A stretch of DNA of 64,000 bases from positions 128,001 to 192,000 of the forward strand of contig JAEOUA010000006.1 in the NCBI GenBank assembly GCA_016839555.1. Reading direction: 5' to 3'. The notes beneath the pieces were generated by a model. It was given only the letters and a program-made list of their open reading frames with translations. It made no database searches and was not told the DNA's origin. This document shows, one piece after another, positions 10,096 to 20,885 of this stretch (its first letter is position 1; each line of letters begins with the position of its first letter). The translations under genes were made by a program, and so were the position numbers. The DNA comes from Promethearchaeota archaeon. GTDB taxonomy: Archaea; Asgardarchaeota; Lokiarchaeia; Sigyniarchaeales; SOKP01.

Positions 10096-10490
10096 TTTGT
10101 CTCTTGCAGATGAAATGCTACATCAGCTCCTATTTTTGGGGTATGCTGGGGAAAAATCTCACTAATAGTCGGTCTTAATTTTTAATTCTCCTTTATATAT
10201 TATATATATCAACTAAATTTGTTTATAAACTTAAGTTTAAAATATTTTTTCTAAAGCTCTAATTATACCTTAAATTAAAATTTCATTTTATTAAATAACT
10301 TAAAATAATACTATGAAGAATATTCAATTGATAACAATTTTGGAATTTGGATAATATTAGATTTATTACCTTGATTTTGTTAAATTAATGATATTTAAAT
10401 ATCTTAATAATTTATAGTATTAACATAAATCTCAAAAATTTAGAATTTAAAAATAATTAGAAATTTTTTATAGCAGGATAGTGATTTAAT

Positions 10491-11255
10491 ATTAATTCTG
10501 ATCGAGACATTGTATTATTTTATTATTATTCCTCTCCAAGTTTTCCACAAGATTGTTTTTTAAATTTATCTAGGGATATTGCATATAGAAATATGTTTTT
10601 AACTAGATGTAATGATGGAAAAATACATTTCGAATTTCCAATATTTGAAGATCATTCCTATAATTCGATTTGCAATATACGTGGAGTGAGAAATCTTATA
10701 AAAAGAAAAATAAATAATAAGTACATACTCTTTAGAACAAGAGATCAAGATATTAATAAAAATTATATTATAGGATATTATAAAGTTGGTAAAATATATT
10801 TTCAAGAAACAAGAATGTTCAATAATAACGGTTTTGTGTGTGGATTTGAATCTTCTGAAACAAAACTCCTTAAAAAAGGTCAAATTATATATAATGACCC
10901 TACTTTTAGACGAGGACATAATGTATCATGGCATAAGAAAGAAATAAATAAAAAATTAAACAATTTTTTAGATATGATAATAAATATTAAAGACGATTAT
11001 AGTTCAATCTATAAGAATGATACAAATCGGATGATTGAAATATTTAAAGATAGAGAGAAAATTAATGAATGGAAAAATAAATGCCAAAATTGTAAAAAAA
11101 AGGAAGAATGTTTTTTCTTTAAATATAATGAAAAATATGATAAGAAACATGAAACTCAAAAAGATCTTTTTAAGTTAATATTTAATGTTTATGATTCTAA
11201 TATATATTCAAAAAATATTCTAGATAAAATTCAAAAAAAATATATATCGTGTTAA
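10491..11255 (+). CDS. Hypothetical protein, possibly a nucleotide-modification-associated (Nmad-like) domain
   Basis: The frame is open from 10485, upstream of the listed ATG at 10593 (IVLFYYYSSP...); P.FE..SY...C....R, YILFRTR, YIIGYY pattern; family assignment is tentative. Confidence 0.5.
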   Translation: MNSDRDIVLFYYYSSPSFPQDCFLNLSRDIAYRNMFLTRCNDGKIHFEFPIFEDHSYNSICNIRGVRNLIKRKINNKYILFRTRDQDINKNYIIGYYKVGKIYFQETRMFNNNGFVCGFESSETKLLKKGQIIYNDPTFRRGHNVSWHKKEINKKLNNFLDMIINIKDDYSSIYKNDTNRMIEIFKDREKINEWKNKCQNCKKKEECFFFKYNEKYDKKHETQKDLFKLIFNVYDSNIYSKNILDKIQKKYISC

Positions 11256-11446
11256 AAATTATGGGTTTAAAATGTCAGAAATGTGGTAATATATTAAGTG
11301 GATCTGATGGGCTTCACTTATTATCTAAATGTCCTAATTGCGGAAATAATGATATCAGTCTATTTATACGTGTAGATGATCAAGATATTGATCCAAAAAA
11401 ATATAAAAGAGATAAAGAGTGGTTAGAATCTCGATTAATAGATTAA
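11249..11446 (+). CDS. Small zinc-ribbon protein
   Basis: CQKC...CPNC; overlaps both neighbouring genes. Confidence 0.7.
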   Translation: MLKIMGLKCQKCGNILSGSDGLHLLSKCPNCGNNDISLFIRVDDQDIDPKKYKRDKEWLESRLID

Positions 11447-12528
11447 CTAATAATATAAAAGAATTAAGTATAGAGCTGACTCATAAGTGCGCATTAAATT
11501 GTGTTTATTGCAGTAGCGAGTCAAATTTAGAGAAGTCTACATTTCTTAATTTGAATAGAATAAAGAAAATTATTGAGGAAGTAATAGAAAAATTCAATCT
11601 AAAAATTATATCTCTCTCCGGAGGTGAAACATTTCTCTATCCCCACTTTAAAGAATTAATTAATTTTTTAAATGAGAAGGATTTAGAGGTTATAATTTAT
11701 ACATCCGGTATAATTCTCGATAATTCCTTGAATCGGAGAAGTTTATCAGAGGAAATTTTAAAAGTTCTCTCACCTTATAAAAAAAATACTAAAATCGTTT
11801 TAAATATTCAAGGACATAGCAAAGAATTAATAGAAAAAATAAATAAAGTACAAAATTCTTTTAATTTAATTCAGAATTCAATATTGAAATTAATAGATAA
11901 TAATTTTATTTTAGAAGCAAATATAGTGCCTTTTAAATATAATTATAAATATATTAAAGAAATCACAAATTTTTGTCTTCAAAAAGGTTTTAAAAAGATT
12001 AATTTTTTACGATTCGTCCCTCAAGGAAGAGGAAATAAAGAATATTTGTATAATAGTAAAAAAGAATTCAAAAAAGTAATTCAAGAACTAGTATCTCTAC
12101 TTAAAATTAAAAATATGAAAAATAAAATAAGAATTGGGCATCCAATGAATTTTTTATTCCTATTAAGTGAATCTAATTTATATGATATTGAAGAAAATCA
12201 TTATTGTAGAGGAGGTTTTGATGCTCCTTTAATTTTACCTAATGGAGACGTAAGTATGTGTCCAGCATGGAAAAACCTTAAACAATTTAGTGCTGGAAAC
12301 ATATACGATAAAAATTTCGAAGATATTTGGTTTTCTAAAAATTTTGAAATATTTCGTAATTTTATCAAACAAGGATATAAAAATCTCAAGGAACCTTGCC
12401 AAAATTGCAACTATTTAAATGAATGTAGAGGCAAGTGCGTTGCCCAAAGAATTTTAAGCAAAAATAGTGAATCGTGTGATTTAAAAAAAATAATTTTAAT
12501 TGCTCCTGATCCCCAATGCTTCAAATAA
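11419..12528 (+). CDS. Radical SAM protein with SPASM domain
   Basis: CALNCVYC, SGGE, YCRGG...ILPNGDVSMCP, CQNCNYLNECRGKC. Confidence 0.93.
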   Translation: MVRISINRLTNNIKELSIELTHKCALNCVYCSSESNLEKSTFLNLNRIKKIIEEVIEKFNLKIISLSGGETFLYPHFKELINFLNEKDLEVIIYTSGIILDNSLNRRSLSEEILKVLSPYKKNTKIVLNIQGHSKELIEKINKVQNSFNLIQNSILKLIDNNFILEANIVPFKYNYKYIKEITNFCLQKGFKKINFLRFVPQGRGNKEYLYNSKKEFKKVIQELVSLLKIKNMKNKIRIGHPMNFLFLLSESNLYDIEENHYCRGGFDAPLILPNGDVSMCPAWKNLKQFSAGNIYDKNFEDIWFSKNFEIFRNFIKQGYKNLKEPCQNCNYLNECRGKCVAQRILSKNSESCDLKKIILIAPDPQCFK

Positions 12529-12546
12529 TGTTTTAGGTATAATTTA

Positions 12547-13626
12547 ATGAATCTAAAAAAAATATTAAATAAATACTTTGAAAAAAGCCAATTGGCTTTC
12601 ATGAAAACAATACCATTTAAAAGACTTATTTTTGATAAAAGAGCAGAATATATGTGTAAATATGGTTGCAAAAATTATAATAGAAAATATTCTTGTCCTC
12701 CTTACACTAAATCTTTATTTAATTTAATAAATAAAAATAAATTCAAATGGGTTATATTATTTGCAACTTCATATAAAAATCTTAAAAATTATTCCCTGTT
12801 TAAAATAAGATTTGAAAACATTCAGAAGGAATATGAAATACAGCGAATTTCTCACCAATTAAGTAATCTCATAAATTTTAATGGAAAAAAGAATAAAGTT
12901 TTTTCTGGGGGATCTTGTAAAAGATGCAGACCATGTGGATGTATTGAAGACAAATTATGTAAAAAACCTCATTTAAAGCAAATTAGTATGGAATCTATTC
13001 AAATTGATTGTATAAAGACAATGACTAATGTTGGTTTCGATTTTCAATTAACTAATAATAATACCATAAATAGATGTGGTTGTATCTTTACAAATGATGA
13101 TTCTTTATCCAATATTGAGTTTAAGAAGAAAGATTCTCACCAAAAATTCGAACAATTTCCAAAAAGTAAGATACTTAAAAGTATTGAAAAATATAAAGAA
13201 AAAAATCCAAAACTTTATTCAAAAATTAATTTCTTTAATATTGATGAAATAAATAGAAAAGAAATACCAATTTGTAATGAGGAATGCAGGCATTATAATA
13301 GAAATTTTTCTTGTCCTCCTTATTCTGAATATATAAATTTAAATTTATGGACTTATGCTCTTGTTTGGAAATGGAAGAAGAATAAATATAAAAAATATAG
13401 ATATAATATTGCTTTAAAAAAAATTCATAAATTGGTATATTCAATGGGTTATTATTTCGCGCTTAGTATAAGAGATTGTTATTGTGATGAATGTGAAAGA
13501 TGTACATATAATTCAGGAAATAAATCATTTTGTGAAAATAGAAAAATTCTTTCACCCTCTATGCAATCATTGGGAATTGATCCAGAATTTTTTGGTAAAG
13601 GAAAATATGGTATTGAAATTTTTTAG
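12547..13626 (+). CDS. Tandem double DUF2284-like Cys-rich metal-binding protein
   Basis: Two copies of C...C..YNR..SCPPY ... CxxCxxC ... SM.S..ID. Confidence 0.8.
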   Translation: MNLKKILNKYFEKSQLAFMKTIPFKRLIFDKRAEYMCKYGCKNYNRKYSCPPYTKSLFNLINKNKFKWVILFATSYKNLKNYSLFKIRFENIQKEYEIQRISHQLSNLINFNGKKNKVFSGGSCKRCRPCGCIEDKLCKKPHLKQISMESIQIDCIKTMTNVGFDFQLTNNNTINRCGCIFTNDDSLSNIEFKKKDSHQKFEQFPKSKILKSIEKYKEKNPKLYSKINFFNIDEINRKEIPICNEECRHYNRNFSCPPYSEYINLNLWTYALVWKWKKNKYKKYRYNIALKKIHKLVYSMGYYFALSIRDCYCDECERCTYNSGNKSFCENRKILSPSMQSLGIDPEFFGKGKYGIEIF

Positions 13627-13637
13627 AAAATAGATCA

Positions 13638-15296
13638 ATGAATTCAATAGTTTTAAAAAATCAGGATATATTAATTAAAAAATTAGGGAAGATCTTTAAA
13701 TTAAAAAAGATTTCGAAATTTCTTTATAAAAAAAAAATTGGTATATTTATTCTTCTACTTCATATAAAAGCAAAAGATTGGCCATGGAAAAATCAAACTT
13801 TAAATAATGATCCAGTTAAAGAAATTCCATTATTATGGGGAATTGTTTATGCTCCAACAATAAAAAATATTGAAATTGTTTATAGTATACATCCAATTAA
13901 ATGTTTTCCAACTAATTATGAAAATAGAAATCAAAACTCAAAAAAAAATTCAATTGTTATTGAAAAAAATGATTTAGGTACATTGGGAGGATGTGCACGA
14001 TATTATATAGAACAAAGTGATCGTAAATATGATATATTTGAAAAAAATCCATTATATTGTTCAATTTTTGGATTACCAGATGACTGTTTTTCATTAGATT
14101 TTGAACAGAAAATGTTAGAAAAATTAAAAAATCTTAAAGAAATCACTTTTTGGTGCTATGATAAAAATGAATATATCTCTAAAAAAATTGAACCTCTTCT
14201 TAAATTAAATTATATGAAACAAAAATTCTTACCATCGGTTTATTTTCCTTTTGTTGATTCTCCTAGTAAATTTCTAAGAGGATTATTTAAAGCTAAAGAT
14301 TTGAGTTTTTTAAATAGTGAACCATGGTTCAATCAAGGATATGAACTGATAAAAAAAATGGACACAACTAAGGAGAATTCATATAGATATGAAGAAGAGG
14401 CAATATATTTTATAAAGAAAAAATTAGTATTTGAAGCGATCAGAGAACTATTGCTATTATATAATAAAAGTTCTTTTAAATCTTTTAAAATAGAGAAAAC
14501 TCCAAAATTAATCAATAATAAAAAGGAAAAATTTGAAAAAAATCTTTTTTATTTAAAAAATAAAGTAATCAGGGATAGAAAGAATAATATAGATAATTTT
14601 ATAAAATATAATAAGAATAATTTTGATTTTGAAAAATTTAAAAGATCACGATTTTTAGTTATAGATGTTGAGTATATCCATGTAGAATATCCAAAAAAGA
14701 ATTCAAATAGAACTTTTAATTTTCCGTCAATAATAACGAACATAATATGGCAAGGTGTTCGTAATGGAATAGATATAATTATAAATGTGTTAAAGTTGCC
14801 TTGTCATTTCTGTATAGAAAAAGATTGCGATGCTTTTCAAAAAAAAATTATTAAATTTGATTGTCTAGCTTATGCAGATAATTTATATGAAAAGCAAATA
14901 AAATTTCTGAATAATATGTTAATTCGATATGAAGGTTTTAAAATGTATTCATATGGAAAGAGTGACTTTTTTCAAATTGAACAATTAACAAATTTTTTTA
15001 CAAATTCTTGTGAAAGTCCAGAATTTCAAAGAAAAAACCGAAAGAGAGATAAACGTCTAATAGAGATTTTTGAAGATTTAGCAATAAAAGGTAAGAGTTT
15101 AAATGATGTTGAAAATGATGAAATCAAAAAAAGATTCCCAACTTGGAGGAGAAAAAAGAGTAAGATAAATGTTAATTCTAGGTTTATGACTAGATTTAAT
15201 TCAAGAAACTGGGATCTTCGATATAAAGAGGCTTTGGAAGCTTGTTTAGATGACACAATCTCTGCTTTCTTATTTTTAATAACCCAGCAGTTTTAA
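13638..15296 (+). CDS. Protein with C-terminal DEDD/DnaQ-like 3'-5' exonuclease domain
   Basis: ExoI FLVIDVEY, ExoII YSYGKSDFF, ExoIII ACLDD; N-terminal half not recognised. Confidence 0.6.
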   Translation: MNSIVLKNQDILIKKLGKIFKLKKISKFLYKKKIGIFILLLHIKAKDWPWKNQTLNNDPVKEIPLLWGIVYAPTIKNIEIVYSIHPIKCFPTNYENRNQNSKKNSIVIEKNDLGTLGGCARYYIEQSDRKYDIFEKNPLYCSIFGLPDDCFSLDFEQKMLEKLKNLKEITFWCYDKNEYISKKIEPLLKLNYMKQKFLPSVYFPFVDSPSKFLRGLFKAKDLSFLNSEPWFNQGYELIKKMDTTKENSYRYEEEAIYFIKKKLVFEAIRELLLLYNKSSFKSFKIEKTPKLINNKKEKFEKNLFYLKNKVIRDRKNNIDNFIKYNKNNFDFEKFKRSRFLVIDVEYIHVEYPKKNSNRTFNFPSIITNIIWQGVRNGIDIIINVLKLPCHFCIEKDCDAFQKKIIKFDCLAYADNLYEKQIKFLNNMLIRYEGFKMYSYGKSDFFQIEQLTNFFTNSCESPEFQRKNRKRDKRLIEIFEDLAIKGKSLNDVENDEIKKRFPTWRRKKSKINVNSRFMTRFNSRNWDLRYKEALEACLDDTISAFLFLITQQF

Positions 15297-15462
15297 AAAA
15301 ATTGTTAAATCTATTGATAATTTCAAAACATTGAACCCAAATTTAATGTGATTTTAATTATTTTTTCAAATAATTCCCTCACTTAACAATTAATGCTGAT
15401 TTCATGTGTGATAGAAACTTAAAGATTTAATTTTTATTGATAATATTCCGTGCTATGCTCTT

Positions 15463-15708
15463 ATGTACTCTCTTGCTTCTTTATTTTTTAATAAAGTTGA
15501 AACTAAATATCATCGTGAAGATAAAATTCCTAATTATAAAGAAGAATTAAGTGAAGGTTGTCCAGGAGCTAATTTTTTTAACAAATTTATACCAGATCAA
15601 GTGGGATTTAGACGAATAGGAACAAAAGAAGAAAATCCAAATGATTCTAAAAATGTTAGAGAGAAATTTAAGGCTATTTTTGATGATTTTAAAACTACTA
15701 TAAGGTAG
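15463..15708 (+). CDS. Small hypothetical protein or gene remnant
   Basis: 81-aa ORF with plausible composition; no motif. Confidence 0.3.
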   Translation: MYSLASLFFNKVETKYHREDKIPNYKEELSEGCPGANFFNKFIPDQVGFRRIGTKEENPNDSKNVREKFKAIFDDFKTTIR

Positions 15709-15891
15709 ATCTGCTTTTATATTCAATTTCCTACCAAAAAGTTTTATTAAATACTAAAGATAATTTTTTCTGTTTATTATAAAAATTTTTAAGTATTAAT
15801 TTATATTTAATAGTTGTATTTACTAAATAAGTATAGTTTTCTAAAGACATTTATTAAAAATTCATTTTAAACTGTTTAAGATAAAAAAACT

Positions 15892-16752
15892 ATGGCTAGG
15901 ACAATTCAATATAATTTGAATGATGATTTCAGAAATTGTTTCAAATATTTATATGAAAAATTTGAAAAAAGAGCAAAAAATAAAAATATAAATATTAAAA
16001 ATACAAAATTCACTTATGAAGAATTGAGGGAATTAATTGACGAGTATTATTCAATGGTTAAAGATATTGAAAAAGAATCAAAAAAAGGAATTTTAAAACA
16101 ATTATCAACTCTGCTTGAAGTCAAAAAAATTAATAAGAATGGAGAATCTGTTTCGTATTATTACCTTAAACCTATAACAAATCTTTTTAGACTCTCTAAT
16201 AAAAAAATTGATAATGAGATTTTATATATAGGGCTATTATATTATAGTGAAGGGTTTAGTAATGCTATTAAAATTATATATAATTTACTTGGTCCAACTA
16301 GAAAATTAACTACAAACAAGATTAGATTTATAGGAAAAATTAAAGAAGTAATTACTAGGATCGAGAATTCTAAAAAAAAACCATTAAGCGCCACTAGCAT
16401 TAATAATATTGCAGAAAGAACAATTTCAAATTTAATTTATGTGGGATTAATCATTGATAACAAATTAGATAGAAGTTTAGAAGAGAATCAAATTAGAATC
16501 AAGAATTATTACCCCGATTTTAGAATACTATTAATTTTATATCTAAACGAATTAGAAGAAAAAAATCAAAATGCCCCTCCCTTAAATAACATAATTAATG
16601 AATACAATTTTGTTAAATTTTTTTTTCTTAATAAACAAAAACTAAAAAGAAGTTTAGAACCAGGATTTGAAAAAAATTTATTTTTTTATCAGCAGCAAAT
16701 TGGTTATGCCCTTAAAGTAAATTATGATCAATGGGAAATAAGTTTTAAATAG
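15892..16752 (+). CDS. BREX-associated protein, possibly BrxA-like DNA-binding
   Basis: First gene of the BREX-like operon; helical, with a wHTH-like segment RTISNLIYVGLI; assignment rests mainly on position. Confidence 0.45.
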   Translation: MARTIQYNLNDDFRNCFKYLYEKFEKRAKNKNINIKNTKFTYEELRELIDEYYSMVKDIEKESKKGILKQLSTLLEVKKINKNGESVSYYYLKPITNLFRLSNKKIDNEILYIGLLYYSEGFSNAIKIIYNLLGPTRKLTTNKIRFIGKIKEVITRIENSKKKPLSATSINNIAERTISNLIYVGLIIDNKLDRSLEENQIRIKNYYPDFRILLILYLNELEEKNQNAPPLNNIINEYNFVKFFFLNKQKLKRSLEPGFEKNLFFYQQQIGYALKVNYDQWEISFK

Positions 16753-16755
16753 ATC

Positions 16756-17427
16756 ATGACAATAACATTATTTGAAGAACAAAAGAAAGCTTTAAGAAAA
16801 ATAGAAAGTGCAATTGAATCTCCAAATCGTCGTACTTTAATTTTTATTTTCGGTGAAAAAGGAGTAGGAAAGACTAAAATAGCTAAAAAATTAAAAGAAA
16901 TTTATGTTGAAAATTTAAAAATTATTTCTATTAAAAATATCTTTTTAGATCAATATAGCAAATATAGTGAAGAAAAAATTCAAGAAAGATTCCTTTTAAA
17001 TAATTCTCCTGAGGAATTTTTAAATAAAATAATTTCAAGAGTTAAAAATAAGAAAATTTTGATAATAGATGGACTAGAATATTTATTGTCTAATTATTAT
17101 AAAGAACTAAATTTAAATATTGAATACGAGTTTGGAAAATATTCAAATTTTAATTATAATAATTCTCTGATATGGATACTTAATAAAAATCAATTTATGA
17201 AATATAGAGATTTTTGGGATAAAAATAATTCAATACTAAATAAGAGTATAATGATTAACGTTGAACTTCCTAGCAGAGGATCATTATATAGTTTTTTTAA
17301 TAAATTTAGAATATCTGAAAATGAAAATTTAACAAATGAAGAAATCAACCAATGTCTTCAAAATAATTATTTTAATACTTTAATAAAAATAAAAATTAAG
17401 AGTTTAGATATTAATGATGAAAATTAA
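16756..17427 (+). CDS. Small P-loop ATPase (BrxF/BrxB-like)
   Basis: Walker A GEKGVGKT, Walker B ILIIDGLE; overlaps the brxC start. Confidence 0.65.
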   Translation: MTITLFEEQKKALRKIESAIESPNRRTLIFIFGEKGVGKTKIAKKLKEIYVENLKIISIKNIFLDQYSKYSEEKIQERFLLNNSPEEFLNKIISRVKNKKILIIDGLEYLLSNYYKELNLNIEYEFGKYSNFNYNNSLIWILNKNQFMKYRDFWDKNNSILNKSIMINVELPSRGSLYSFFNKFRISENENLTNEEINQCLQNNYFNTLIKIKIKSLDINDEN

Positions 17428-20400
17428 AGATTTAATTGGAGAAATTAGAAAATTTAGCAAAGATGTTATAGACGTGAATGATTTTTATAGAATTAAAAAA
17501 TGGAACCAAGATCAATTAATAGAATATGTAGAAAATTATGACTTAAATAGAGAGGTCATAGATATATTCATAGAGTTTTTGGATTCGATTAATAAAAGGA
17601 TAAGTGATCCTACAAGAAAAGGATGCATTGATTTACAAGGCAATTTTGGTACTGGCAAATCACATATTTTTCTATTTTTTTCCTTATTATTAAGTGATAA
17701 CTATAATAATCAAATTAGGGATTTTGTTGATAAAAAAATAGAAGAAATAAAAAATAAAACCTTTAGAGAGAAATTGGAAAGATTTAAAGAACTAGAAAAT
17801 CAACCCATAGATGATTCCGATTTAACTGGAACATTATTTATTCCTATAAGGTTAACAGAATTTCGAGGAATGGAATTTGAAAAAATTATCGAATTAGCAG
17901 TAACAAAGTATATTTTAAAGACACCTGATACATTGATTTCTGAAATAAAAATTATTAAACATTTTTTTGAAACAAAGCAGAAAGATGTTTGTAATGAGTA
18001 TTTGGATCCAGAAGAATATGATAAATTCAAGCAAATTTATAATAAAATTGAAGAAGGCGAGGAAGTTAATTATAATATAATAATAAATTCAGCGCGCAAA
18101 ATAAATCAAGCTTTAGAAGATGCCATTAAAAGAACAACTGCTAAATCTGAAGATCCATTAGAAGATATATGTAAACATAAAAAATTAGGTAGAAAATATA
18201 AAAATATAATCTTTCTATTTGATGAATTAACTCAATGGTGGACAGATTCTACGGAAAATCTTTTAAAAATTTTACAAGGAGTTCTTGGAAAAATAAATCA
18301 ATGGCCTGTTAATGAGTTATATGATGATAAAAATGATCTAATTGAAAATAATAATATAATGGCTATTTTTGCTCATCAAAAAGAAATTTTTATTGGATCA
18401 ATAGGAAATACAGTTGAGAATAGATTTGAAAGAACTCTAACAATTAAGGGTGATTATATAGATAGTATTATATCTAAACGATTTTTCTATAAAGATCAAA
18501 TTAAAAAACAAGAAATTAAGAGAGTTGCAGAAAAACTATACGAAGATTTAAAACTTTTAGAAATTCCGGATGATATAATAAGAAAGATTTATTTAACAAA
18601 TCTATCTCCTAAAATTACAAAAATTAAAAATATTCAAGAAAAATTTGTTGCCAATATACAATCTTTCTATCCTTTTCATCCATATCTTTTTTCAACAATT
18701 ATGAAGCAAGTAATCAATAAATATTCAACTGAGGATAGAGGATTTTTAAACTTTGTCAATGATTGCTTCACAAAATACTCGACCCTATTAGAAAAAGAGG
18801 AAGATAATTTAATAAATATCGATAATTTTTTTGACATTTTTAATGAAATGAGACAATTATTCGTCAATAATGAAGATTTGGAAAATATCTATCATAGATT
18901 AGAAAAAGCAAGGAAAAAAAATAATCCGGAGGATATTTTTTCTGAAAAAGCTATTAAGACTTTAATTTTAAAATACCTAGGTGCCGTTGATCCTACGATA
19001 TCGGAAAAAGATTTAAGAGCAATATATATTATGAATGAGAAGCAATATAAAAAAATATTAGATTTTGTAGAATTTTGCATAATAGATGAAAATTTAAAGG
19101 ATATTAATTTTAATGACAATTATATTGAACTAACATTAAGTAGAACTGAACCAATTGATATATATATACAAAAAATAAAGAAACAAATTAATGAGGAACA
19201 TTGTTATAAATTTTTAAAAAAAAAACATGAAAATCTTAAACAAATAATAGATTTTTTACCTGAACAATCTAAAAATATAAGGCAAAAGAAATTAATTTTC
19301 TTTGAATATAATGATGAAATCGATACTTTAATTAAAATTATTCAAGATAAAAAAAATACAATAAATCCATTAACTGGAGAGTCTAATCAATATAAATTAA
19401 ATGTTTTAGATTTAATTTATTATTTTTTGCCTCCGAAACAAAAATTTCTTTCGGATCAATTCGATCCAAAAATAGAGATCATTAATAAAATTAAAAATGA
19501 AAACATAGCATTTATCATTTGTAAACCAATGAAGGAAATGATAAAATTTTCTAAATATAATGTAATTAGACAGAACATTAGCTTGAATATACTTAAGTGG
19601 ATATTTGATAATATTAATGAAATTAAAGAAAGAAATCCAGAAAATTTATATAAAGAATATTTTCAAGAGGAAAAAATTCCTGTGCCTAATTATTCTGAAA
19701 TCTCTGATGTAATTATTAATTTGTCAAATAAAAATCCCTCTATTATTGATAATCTTCAAATGCAGAATGATAATAAATTAAATGAATTAACGGAGTTAGA
19801 TAATTATGATCTAGAAGAATGGTATGATAATCACAAATGCTTTTATAAATTTGATGAAATTAAAGAGATTGTTTATAATGATTCAAATATAAAAATTATT
19901 GAAAATGAATTAGAATCATTTAAATACCCTAAATCTATAAAATTAAGTAAGCCAATAGCAGGTACAGAATCTGATAAGATATGGGATGCTTTGTTTAAAG
20001 AAAGAGAAGAGGTTGTTAAAACTGATTCAGCAAAATATAAACATTTAAAAATTGGTGTAGAAGATTTAAAATTATTAAAACTTAATAGAACGCATTTTTC
20101 CCTTCAAGAAGTATCAAAAATACACCCATCATATAAAAAATTCGAAAATTTTATTGATGAATTAGATAATAAAAAGGAAATTTTAGAATTTTGTTTTAAA
20201 TTTAGAATAAATGAATATGGAATGTCGATTTATCAAAGTATTTTAGGATTATTCTATTTCCATCAAAAAGGAAAAATCAAATTCTATGATAAAAATAATA
20301 ATGCTTTAAATACCCGTAGCAAATCTGGAAATAAACCCATATTTGGTTCTACAAATTATTTCTTAAGAAAATTAGTAGACCAAAATGGAAAATTTGGAAA

Positions 20401-20878
20401 AGTTGAAATAATCTCTCCAGAAAACTGGGAATTCATAATTAATAAATTAATTTCTTTTAGAGATACAAATATTGTAAAATTTGATGAAAATTATAATGAT
20501 GGATCTAAAATAGATTTAATCACTCTTAAAGAGAGTCAATCATTAGATAGAGAAAGAAAACTTTTTGAAATAATTCAAAATCATATTTCATTAGAAAATA
20601 TTGAAAGTTTAATAAATCAAATTACTGTATTTTTAGCGAAACTTGATTTAGAAAATAATGAAAGTGTTAAAAAAAAATTAAAATTGTTTCAACTTATGAA
20701 TATGTTTAATCAAATTAAAGAATTAAATGAAATTGAACATCTTTATGATTTTTTATCGAATAATGATAAAAAATTTAGTAAAGTTCTTGAAAAATATAAA
20801 ATCCTTAGAGACTTTTCTAAAGATAAATTAAATAAAATAGAAAATATAATAAATTTATGCCGAAATCTAAAAATATAG
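17414..20878 (+). CDS. brxC: BREX ATPase BrxC/PglY (DUF6079-like), N-terminal part
   Basis: GNFGTGKSH, IFLFDEL, NRFE, FYPFHP, STEDRG motifs; upstream of pglZ. Confidence 0.85.
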   Translation: MMKIKDLIGEIRKFSKDVIDVNDFYRIKKWNQDQLIEYVENYDLNREVIDIFIEFLDSINKRISDPTRKGCIDLQGNFGTGKSHIFLFFSLLLSDNYNNQIRDFVDKKIEEIKNKTFREKLERFKELENQPIDDSDLTGTLFIPIRLTEFRGMEFEKIIELAVTKYILKTPDTLISEIKIIKHFFETKQKDVCNEYLDPEEYDKFKQIYNKIEEGEEVNYNIIINSARKINQALEDAIKRTTAKSEDPLEDICKHKKLGRKYKNIIFLFDELTQWWTDSTENLLKILQGVLGKINQWPVNELYDDKNDLIENNNIMAIFAHQKEIFIGSIGNTVENRFERTLTIKGDYIDSIISKRFFYKDQIKKQEIKRVAEKLYEDLKLLEIPDDIIRKIYLTNLSPKITKIKNIQEKFVANIQSFYPFHPYLFSTIMKQVINKYSTEDRGFLNFVNDCFTKYSTLLEKEEDNLINIDNFFDIFNEMRQLFVNNEDLENIYHRLEKARKKNNPEDIFSEKAIKTLILKYLGAVDPTISEKDLRAIYIMNEKQYKKILDFVEFCIIDENLKDINFNDNYIELTLSRTEPIDIYIQKIKKQINEEHCYKFLKKKHENLKQIIDFLPEQSKNIRQKKLIFFEYNDEIDTLIKIIQDKKNTINPLTGESNQYKLNVLDLIYYFLPPKQKFLSDQFDPKIEIINKIKNENIAFIICKPMKEMIKFSKYNVIRQNISLNILKWIFDNINEIKERNPENLYKEYFQEEKIPVPNYSEISDVIINLSNKNPSIIDNLQMQNDNKLNELTELDNYDLEEWYDNHKCFYKFDEIKEIVYNDSNIKIIENELESFKYPKSIKLSKPIAGTESDKIWDALFKEREEVVKTDSAKYKHLKIGVEDLKLLKLNRTHFSLQEVSKIHPSYKKFENFIDELDNKKEILEFCFKFRINEYGMSIYQSILGLFYFHQKGKIKFYDKNNNALNTRSKSGNKPIFGSTNYFLRKLVDQNGKFGKVEIISPENWEFIINKLISFRDTNIVKFDENYNDGSKIDLITLKESQSLDRERKLFEIIQNHISLENIESLINQITVFLAKLDLENNESVKKKLKLFQLMNMFNQIKELNEIEHLYDFLSNNDKKFSKVLEKYKILRDFSKDKLNKIENIINLCRNLKI

Positions 20879-20885
20879 TGATTTT

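Noticed and set aside
11419-12528. QueE or viperin
   Set aside because: It has a full C-terminal SPASM Cys set and is longer than QueE; viperin-specific motifs were not recognised.
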